From Microcystis aeruginosa NIES-843 (GTDB lineage: Bacteria > Cyanobacteriota > Cyanobacteriia > Cyanobacteriales > Microcystaceae), in NCBI RefSeq assembly GCF_000010625.1, contig NC_010296.1, positions 570,001 through 602,000 of the forward strand: a stretch of 32,000 nt of DNA, given 5' to 3'. The stretch's first letter is position 1; the number at the start of each line of letters is the position of its first letter. The position numbers and the translations under genes were made by a program. This document shows positions 1-6,711 of the stretch, piece after piece. The notes beneath the pieces were generated by a model. That model was not told the origin of the DNA. It was given only the letters and a program-made list of their open reading frames with translations, and did not search any database.

Positions 1-516
1 TATCTAGAAAATCTGGACGTTTCCACGCTGCCGGATGGGGATTTAGCCCAGATTCGCAATCGTAAAATCGGCTTTGTTTTCCAGCAATTCCATCTTTTAC
101 CCCAGATGAGTGCGCTGGAAAATGTCATGTTACCAATGATTTATGGTGGGGTTTCTCCCCAAGAAAGAAAGGAAAGAGCGATCGCTGCTTTAACGAAGGT
201 AAAATTAGATAATCGACTGCACAATAAACCCAATCAATTATCGGGGGGACAACAGCAGCGCGTTGCTATTGCTAGGGCAATTGTCAATCAACCCATATTA
301 TTACTTGCTGATGAACCGACGGGGGCCCTAGACTCGAAAACTACCCAAGAGGTGATGGCTATTTTCTCGGAATTGAATAACAGTGGCATTACTATCGTCA
401 TGGTAACTCACGAGGCTGATGTGGCGCGTCACTCTCAGCGCATTATCTGGTTTAAGGATGGTGAAGTGGTTTATCCTAATCTCGCACCGACGGATTTACA
501 CGAGGTGATTGGGTAG
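1..516 (+). CDS. ABC transporter ATP-binding subunit, C-terminal part (5' end outside window); MacB/LolD/DevA-like
   Basis: Frame 1 is open from base 1 (YLENLDVSTLPDGDLAQIRNRKIGFVFQQFHLLPQ...) and runs into the listed ORF. The Q-loop, ABC signature LSGGQQQRVAIARA, Walker B ILLLADEPT and H-loop VTHE are all present. Confidence 0.85.
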   Translation, partial: YLENLDVSTLPDGDLAQIRNRKIGFVFQQFHLLPQMSALENVMLPMIYGGVSPQERKERAIAALTKVKLDNRLHNKPNQLSGGQQQRVAIARAIVNQPILLLADEPTGALDSKTTQEVMAIFSELNNSGITIVMVTHEADVARHSQRIIWFKDGEVVYPNLAPTDLHEVIG

Positions 517-575
517 GGTAGGGATTTTTCAGTTATCAGTGAAAAGAAAACGGCAACTTCCTAATTAGATATCTG

Positions 576-854
576 TTAGGGATTGGGAAGAAAACCAAAA
601 AGTTTGGCTGCCCCTCCTAAAATGGCAACAACCAAAGCGATTAGAATCCCTCGATTGGTAAATTCCTGATTAGCGACTCTTGCAGTTAATCCTTTAATTT
701 CTGTGGTTAGTCGCTCATCTAGGGCTTTAATCTCCCCTTTTAACTCCGATTGTCCTATCTCTAGCTTGTTAACATCTCTTTGTAGAGAGTCTATTTTCCC
801 CTCGATCCTTGTCAGAACAGCTTCTAGGGAATAAGTCACGGTTTCGTTAGACAT
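576..854 (-). CDS. Small coiled-coil protein with C-terminal transmembrane helix, paralog A (92 aa)
   Basis: The N-terminal 25 aa (MSNETVTYSLEAVLTRIEGKIDSLQ) match those of the 2955..3317 protein, and the first 22 aa also match the 2584..2913 protein. A heptad/hendecad-like charged region is followed by a hydrophobic tail ILIALVVAILGGAAKLFGFL ending in NP. The 5' leader (AGGAG RBS) is the same as in the paralogs. Confidence 0.7.
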   Translation of the reverse strand: MSNETVTYSLEAVLTRIEGKIDSLQRDVNKLEIGQSELKGEIKALDERLTTEIKGLTARVANQEFTNRGILIALVVAILGGAAKLFGFLPNP

Positions 855-898
855 GAGCTAGACTCCTATATTTTGCTATGTTGCGGTCTCGCTATTTA

Positions 899-2580
899 GG
901 GTTTGCTGAAAAAGTCATTGAAAAGTACAGGTCTCTTAATCAATGATTTCACTTAGCTACAAGCATAAGCTTTAGTTGTTGATTAATTTTTAAATTATAA
1001 CTTATCCTAATCATTGACCGAGAAAAAGTGCTGTTTTTCCATTTCAGACATAAAAAAGCCCAAAAAACCTGCCTCAACAGGTTAGAAAGATTCATGACTA
1101 AAAAAGTAATAGCAATCGCTGAAAAGGAAGTATGAGGAAGTTTAGCCATCACTTTACCTAAGCTAAATCTTCTTTTCCCTTGTCCAAATTTGCCCTCTAT
1201 ACAATTCCGAATCCTCTCATCATCAGTAGCTTGTTTCTTTTGTTCTTTACTAACATTTTTGGCTGGTCTTCCTAATGGGGGACCACTGATTCTGATTCCC
1301 CTTTCTTTACACCAAGCTCGGTTTTCTCTGGTTCGATAAATTTTGTCCACATGAACTGATTCTGGATAGTATCCTGTATAGTCATAATAAGCTTCTATTT
1401 GTGCTTTTAAATCTCCCGATTCATTAAAGTTATCCCAACTAATCCGGTCTAAAAATATGTAACCATCTATACAGCTTGCTGAGAATTTGGCCCCAAATTC
1501 TACGGGTTTTCCAGCTTTTCCTCTGACTATCGGACGGATGTGGGGTTGAGTTAAGCTGACAATTCTGTCTTCAATACTCTGTTTGTTATTTTGGTACATC
1601 CAGAGTTGTTGGCGATAAACTTCTGTGACTACTAATAACAGTTTATAGTCTCTTTTTTTCAAGCTTTGTAGAGAGGCTCCTTCTGCTAAAAGTTGTTCAA
1701 TATGGTCGAGATTTCTTTTCAGATATTGCAGTTGTCTTTTTAGAGCTTTTCGTCTTTGTTTGACGGTAGGTTTTCTTTTTTTTGCTACTTCTAAATAACT
1801 TTTTCTGGCCAGGAGACGATAGGTTCTCGGTTTTTGAACAAGTTTTCCTTTTATAGTTTCCTAGAGAATATCAATAATTTTTTCGGTTTGTTTTCTTCCT
1901 TGATTTAACAGGTTTAAATCCGTAGGATAACTAATATCTGCGGGCGCACAACTGGCATCTAAAATTAATTTACCTCGATTTTCTGGTTGACTTTGGGTTT
2001 CGCTCTCTAACTTTTTTTCGGTGTTTTCTTCTTCTTTTATTTCTCTCGAATTTTTGACCATAAAGCGATTCACTTTATTAATTAGTTCCCGAGTGATTCT
2101 TTCTCGAAAGTGAACCAACATTGACGCTTCAAACTGGGGTTCATTGCTGTAGGCTGAAAACCCCAAGAAGTATTGTAAATAAGGATTTTCCTTGATTTGT
2201 TCTACCGTTTCTCTATCGCTTGTTCCTAATTTTTCTTTAATAATTAATGCTCCGAGTGCTGTCCTAAATGTTTTGGCGGGTGCGCCCATTTCTTCTGAAA
2301 AAAGTGATGCGTATTCCGCTTCAAATTCTGACCAGGGAATGAGGTTGGCCATAATTACCCAACGATTATCTTGGGATAATTTCCCCTCAAAGGGCAGCTC
2401 GAAGTTTTCTGGTGGGGTTGAGGGTAACTCGCTTTTACGGTACATTAGCACTAATTAGAGAAGATGCAAGGGTGATGCAAGGGTTTTAAGAGATTCTAGC
2501 AGATTTAAGTGCATTTGGGAAGCTCTCAATCAAGCTAAAAGCCCTTTCCTGTAAGGTTTTTAGATTTATTCAGCAAACCC
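899..2580 (-). mobile_element. IS element (IS5/IS1182-type, 1682 bp) with 12-bp perfect terminal inverted repeats GGGTTTGCTGAA and 6-bp target duplication TATTTA
   Basis: The left end is GGGTTTGCTGAAAAAGTC (899..). The reverse complement of the right end is GGGTTTGCTGAATAAATC (..2580). TATTTA occurs at 893..898 and 2581..2586. The uninterrupted paralogous junction at 2950..2965 (GCTATTTAGGGGTTGCC) shows the empty site. Confidence 0.75.
949..2451 (-). pseudogene. IS5/IS1182-family DDE transposase interrupted by one in-frame TAG (1861..1863)
   Basis: ORFs 1861..2451 and 949..1662 are in the same frame (2451-1662=789). My manual translation of 1663..1860 is open (ETIKGKLVQKPRTYRLLARKSYLEVAKKRKPTVKQRRKALKRQLQYLKRNLDHIEQLLAEGASLQSL). 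The N-terminal part resembles an InsH/DUF772-like domain. The C-terminal part carries DKIY and an R(3)E(6)K-type signature (RNCIEGKFGQGK). Confidence 0.75.
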
Positions 2581-2583
2581 TAT

Positions 2584-2913
2584 TTAGGGGTTGCCACCGA
2601 GTAGAGAAAATCTGATGCTGACGGTGATTATTGCCCCGATACCAGCACTAATTCCCCCAACAATCAGAGGTAAAATTAACCCCCGAAATCCCTGTAAGTC
2701 AGAAACAGACTTAACTAAAACAGATTGCTCGTTTTCTACTTTTTCTAATCTTTTATCGATGCCCTCAATCTTAAAGCCTAAGGCTTTAATCTCCCCTTTT
2801 AACTCCGATTGTCCTATTTCTACTTTGGTTAATCGTTCATCGATTTTGTCTATTTTTCCCTCAATCCTTGTCAGAACAGCTTCTAGGGAATAAGTCACGG
2901 TTTCGTTAGACAT
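2584..2913 (-). CDS. Small coiled-coil protein with C-terminal transmembrane helix, paralog B (109 aa)
   Basis: It is nearly identical at DNA level to 2955..3317 except for a 33-nt (11-codon) deletion and two substitutions I could see. The C-terminal hydrophobic segment is LILPLIVGGISAGIGAIITVSI, ending GGNP. Confidence 0.75.
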   Translation of the reverse strand: MSNETVTYSLEAVLTRIEGKIDKIDERLTKVEIGQSELKGEIKALGFKIEGIDKRLEKVENEQSVLVKSVSDLQGFRGLILPLIVGGISAGIGAIITVSIRFSLLGGNP

Positions 2914-2954
2914 GAGCTAAACTCCTATATTTTGCTATGTTGCGATTGCGCTAT

Positions 2955-3317
2955 TTAGGGGTTGCCACCGAGTAGAGAAAATCTGATGCTGACGGTGATT
3001 ATTGCCCCGATACCAGCACTAATTCCCCCAACAATCAGAGGTAAAATTAACCCCCGAAATCCCTGTAAGTCAGAAACAGACTTAACTAAAACAGATTGCT
3101 CGTTTTCTACTTTCTCTAATCTTTTATCGATGCCCTCAACCTTAAAGCCTAAGGCTTTAATCTCCCCTTTTAACTCCGATTGTCCTATTTCTACTTTGGT
3201 TAATCGTTCATCGATTTTGTCGAATTTTTGATTAACATCTTTTTGTAGAGAGTCTATTTTCCCCTCGATCCTTGTTAGAACAGCTTCTAGGGAATAAGTC
3301 ACGGTTTCGTTAGACAT
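2955..3317 (-). CDS. Small coiled-coil protein with C-terminal transmembrane helix, paralog C (120 aa)
   Basis: This is the longest member of the tandem family. It has the AGGAG RBS in the conserved leader CATAGCAAAATATAGGAGTTTAGCCC-ATG. The charged region has 11-residue periodicity and is followed by a TM tail. Confidence 0.75.
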   Translation of the reverse strand: MSNETVTYSLEAVLTRIEGKIDSLQKDVNQKFDKIDERLTKVEIGQSELKGEIKALGFKVEGIDKRLEKVENEQSVLVKSVSDLQGFRGLILPLIVGGISAGIGAIITVSIRFSLLGGNP

Positions 3318-3489
3318 GGGCTAAACTCCTATATTTTGCTATGTTGCGGTCTCGCGTAGCGAGCGCGTTGCGACCGCCTAATCTTCTTTGGGCGCGATTG
3401 CTCCAGTGGGGACTAATTCTGATAATTCTCCAGGCTGTACTCGTTAGCGATCGCATTAAAATAATGACACAATCAATTAAAAGTATAAT

Positions 3490-3548
3490 AATACTAAATC
3501 CGTTGAGTAACGCACAGAAAACGGGTTTCTCGGAGAAACCCGTTTTCT
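3490..3548. repeat. Dispersed repeat: AATACTAAATCCGTTGAGTA box plus 16-bp perfect inverted repeat AGAAAACGGGTTTCTC/GAGAAACCCGTTTTCT
   Basis: The 20-mer at 3490..3509 is identical to 26628..26647, and its first 12 nt occur inverted at 9090..9101. The hairpin arms are 3516..3531 and 3533..3548. A near-identical hairpin lies at 9118..9150. Confidence 0.7.
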
Positions 3549-3681
3549 ACTCATGCAAAAGGCAAAAGGGAGAATAAATAATCATTCTTTAATAACCGGA
3601 TCTAATATTAGTAAAAATTATCAATTGAATGTTAAGAAGTGCGGAAAGTGGGATTTAATACTGCTCACTTAAAACTCAAAT

Positions 3682-3725
3682 CTGATAACTGGTAACTGGT
3701 AACTGATAACTGATAACTGATAACT
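3682..3725. repeat. Heptamer array (CTGATAA/CTGGTAA)x6 abutting the ndhD stop codon
   Basis: Six in-phase 7-nt units read directly. The ndhD stop (3728..3730) lies 2 nt from the array. Confidence 0.9.
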
Positions 3726-3727
3726 CC

Positions 3728-5311
3728 TTAGATTTCGGGGGCTTTTAGGGAATAAAGGGAGAAACTGGGGGTTTTTGCCTTTGCCTGTTGCACTAAACTG
3801 GGGACAGAATTACGCACTAGGGCGGTTAATTTATTGGTAGTAGCATCGTAAATCGTCGTCGCCACTTTGGGATAGAGTCCAATGCCGATAATTGGCACTA
3901 ATAGAGAAGCGATGATAAAGACTTCCCGGGGTTCCGCATCCACTAGGGCATGGTGTTCTTCTAATTCCTTATTTTCCGGCCCGTAGAGAATTTCTCGCAA
4001 CATGGACAAGAGATAAATCGGGGTGAGAATGACACCGATAGCCGCTAAAAAGACGATGATGACGCGGAAAGTGGGACTATAGGCATCACTGGTGGCAAAA
4101 CCGATAAATACCATTAATTCCGCCACAAAACCGCTCATCCCGGGCAAAGCCAGGGAAGCGAGGGAACAGGTAGTCCACATGGCAAAAACTTTCTTCATTT
4201 TCTTGCCGACACCGCCCATCTCGTCTAACATCAGGGTATGGGTGCGATCGTAGGTACAACCGACCATAAAGAATAAACTCGCCCCAATCAGTCCGTGGGA
4301 AATCATCTGTAACATCGCCCCACTTGTGCCAATATCGGTAAAGGAAGCCATACCAATCAAGACAAATCCCATGTGAGAGATGGAAGAATAGGCAATTTTG
4401 CGCTTAAGATTGCGTTGGGCAAAGGAGGTTAAGGCGGCGTAGATAATATTAACTACCCCTAAAATCACCAAAACGGGGGCGAAAACGGCGTGAGCATCGG
4501 GTAACATCCCCATATTCATCCGTAAGAGCGCATAACCACCCATTTTAAGCAAAATTCCCGCTAGTAACATATGGGCGGGGGCAGTGGCTTCGCCGTGGGC
4601 ATCTGGTAGCCAAGTATGGAGGGGGAAAATCGGCAGTTTTACCCCGTAGGCAATCAGAAAACCAGCGTAGAGGAATAATTGCAGTTTCAGGGGGAAATCC
4701 TTGCCAGCAATAGTCACCATGTCAAAGGAGACGGTATCGCCATAAAAAGCCATCGTCAGCGCCGCTACAAGGATAAATAGAGAGCCTCCGGCGGTGTAAA
4801 GGATAAATTTGGTGGCCGCGTAGAGACGGCGTTTACCGCCCCAAATGGAGAGGATCAGATAGACGGGGACTAATTCTAATTCCCAGACGAGGAAGAACAG
4901 TAACAGATCCTGTACGGCAAACACCGCAATCTGTCCCCCGTACATCAACAGCATTAGGAAGTAGAATAGTTTCGGTTTAAAAGTCACCGGCCAAGCCGCT
5001 AAGATAGCCAGAGTGGTGATAAATCCCGTTAAGATAATCAGAGGCATGGAGAGGCCATCGGCTCCTAAGGACCATCTTAGGTCAATTTCGGGCAACCATT
5101 GGTAACTTTCCACTAATTGCAGATTGGGATTAGCGAAATCGTAACTGCTATAGAAAGCGTAGATAATTAGGGCAAAGTCGATTAATCCCACCGTCAGAGC
5201 AAACCATCTCACGGTTTTACCGTCTTTATCGGGAATTATGGGAACCAATAAAGCGGCGACGATGGGAAAAAGGATGATGGCAGTTAACCAAGGAAAGTTC
5301 GTTAGATTCAT
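3728..5311 (-). CDS. ndhD: NAD(P)H-quinone oxidoreductase (NDH-1) subunit 4, NdhD
   Basis: This 527-aa polytopic membrane protein has an N-terminus ([36 protein letters not shown]) and internal motifs ([26 protein letters not shown]) typical of cyanobacterial/plastid NdhD. Which paralog (D1/D2) cannot be decided. Confidence 0.9.
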   Translation of the reverse strand: MNLTNFPWLTAIILFPIVAALLVPIIPDKDGKTVRWFALTVGLIDFALIIYAFYSSYDFANPNLQLVESYQWLPEIDLRWSLGADGLSMPLIILTGFITTLAILAAWPVTFKPKLFYFLMLLMYGGQIAVFAVQDLLLFFLVWELELVPVYLILSIWGGKRRLYAATKFILYTAGGSLFILVAALTMAFYGDTVSFDMVTIAGKDFPLKLQLFLYAGFLIAYGVKLPIFPLHTWLPDAHGEATAPAHMLLAGILLKMGGYALLRMNMGMLPDAHAVFAPVLVILGVVNIIYAALTSFAQRNLKRKIAYSSISHMGFVLIGMASFTDIGTSGAMLQMISHGLIGASLFFMVGCTYDRTHTLMLDEMGGVGKKMKKVFAMWTTCSLASLALPGMSGFVAELMVFIGFATSDAYSPTFRVIIVFLAAIGVILTPIYLLSMLREILYGPENKELEEHHALVDAEPREVFIIASLLVPIIGIGLYPKVATTIYDATTNKLTALVRNSVPSLVQQAKAKTPSFSLYSLKAPEI

Positions 5312-5611
5312 CGGCTGTTTTAATATTTATTTAATCGTCAGAATCGAGAAATTAAGCTAAGGCTTTTTGACGGTTTTACCTAGCAAAACCACCTTTTTTC
5401 TCTTGTTCTCGCGGTTACAGTTAACTGTACCTAAATCAATCTAGCAATTATTTTCCTGTCCTTGTCTGTTAATATTGTTAAGTTTCAAGAGACTGCTGGC
5501 CTAATTAGGGTTTGAGAGTTCAAAAATGGGAAAAATACCGATGAGGTTGCAGAAAATCTCTAAATTAAGTGGGTAGGTGTTAAAAATTGTCGGCTCCCCC
5601 GCATACTAATG

Positions 5612-5735
5612 GTAGGGTTGATTCATGAATCAACCCTACGATGAATCAACCCTACGATGAATCAACCCTACGATGAATCAACCCTACGATGAATCAACCC
5701 TACGATGAATCAACCCTACGATGAATCAACCCTAG
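5612..5735. repeat. 28-bp perfect palindrome followed by about 7 tandem copies of a 16-bp unit GATGAATCAACCCTAC
   Basis: GTAGGGTTGATTCATGAATCAACCCTAC (5612..5639) is self-complementary. The units run 5624..5735 with no spacers, immediately 3' of the pcyA stop (5763). Confidence 0.9.
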
Positions 5736-5762
5736 GAGCAAGGGGGGAGGGGATAGTTCAGT

Positions 5763-6500
5763 TTAATCGGGTAAATCGAAGAGAACACCTGTCATATAAC
5801 GCTCTGCCCATTCCCAACCAAAGGCTTTTTCTAGTACACGCCGAGTTTTATCGTTTTTTTGCTGTTGACTACAATAATCCCGTTGTCCCTGTAAATAAAT
5901 GCGCGCTTCTTCCCCAGAAAGAGGCTGACTTTCCCTAGCACATTTGCAGTGAATTGTCAAGAAATCTGTAACTCTTTGTAAAAATTGTCGTTCCTCGGCG
6001 GCGGTTTCGGGACGAATAAACAGACAATATTGGGAGAAAATATGACCCCAAGGCGGTAAATCACGAGCTTGGGCGAAATCAGCCCCAGGTAGAGCCGCTA
6101 AAGCTTGATTATAGGCACTAGGGAGAGTTTTATCGCCACTGGTGGGAGAAAGATCCACAATAGCGGCACTGATTCCCGCTTTGCCGGAGACTATATCACA
6201 TCCGAACATCGGCAGCGGATATTCTGGACGGGGGAACATGACACAGTGGAGAATATCCAAACCATTGCCCAGTTTAGCCAATTCTAGGTGCATTTTGCGG
6301 AACTGGGGAGTTTGATAGCAGCGATTCTCGATAATTAATTTTTCCCCTTCTAAACGTCCCTCCACATAGCCTAAACCTTCCGGCAACTCAAAGGGCGACA
6401 AATCAAGATAATTTTCCCAGTGGGACAGAATTGCCGTGGCTAATTGTCCAATCAGGGGATGAAGTAACGGTAAAATTTCAGGCGTGGTAACGGCTATCAT
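5763..6500 (-). CDS. pcyA: Phycocyanobilin:ferredoxin oxidoreductase
   Basis: Long stretches match my memory of PcyA: [73 protein letters not shown]. Confidence 0.9.
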   Translation of the reverse strand: MIAVTTPEILPLLHPLIGQLATAILSHWENYLDLSPFELPEGLGYVEGRLEGEKLIIENRCYQTPQFRKMHLELAKLGNGLDILHCVMFPRPEYPLPMFGCDIVSGKAGISAAIVDLSPTSGDKTLPSAYNQALAALPGADFAQARDLPPWGHIFSQYCLFIRPETAAEERQFLQRVTDFLTIHCKCARESQPLSGEEARIYLQGQRDYCSQQQKNDKTRRVLEKAFGWEWAERYMTGVLFDLPD

Positions 6501-6504
6501 GGGT

Positions 6505-6553
6505 CAGTAATCAGTAATCAGTTATCAGTAATCAGTAATCAGTTATCAGTAAT
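6505..6553. repeat. Heptamer array (CAGTAAT/CAGTTAT)x7 directly upstream of the pcyA start codon
   Basis: Seven in-phase units end 4 nt from the pcyA ATG (6500, minus strand). A TCTCCTG x3 heptamer array follows at about 6607..6627. Confidence 0.9.
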
Positions 6554-6711
6554 CGGCTTTTTTCTCCTTATCTCCCCTGCTCACCTCTCCCTTCTCCCCT
6601 CTCCTGTCTCCTGTCTCCTGACATCTAAAATCCACTTTACCTCATGGAGCGATCGAGATTAGAACTGGGAAACATAAAATTAACTTTTTGATCCTTCTCC
6701 CAATTTACCCT

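Noticed and set aside
2192-3231. Plus-strand ORFs 2192..2458, 2591..2893 and 2962..3231
   Set aside because: They are antisense to the transposase and to paralogs B and C. The two copies, 2591.. and 2962.., exist only because the underlying minus-strand genes are duplicated. The minus-strand products have an RBS, a conserved N-terminus and a TM tail.
3341-3577. 78-aa ORF (+) between paralog C and ndhD
   Set aside because: It runs through dispersed repeats and the perfect hairpin at 3516..3548. It has no RBS and its content is not protein-like.
5624-5735. Regular 16-bp repeats that could be mistaken for a CRISPR array
   Set aside because: The units are head-to-tail with no spacers, are far shorter than CRISPR repeats, and no cas genes are nearby. 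This is a plain tandem repeat.
5705-5938. 77-aa ORF (+) starting in the 16-bp tandem repeat
   Set aside because: Its N-terminus is a translation of the repeat, and the rest is antisense to pcyA.
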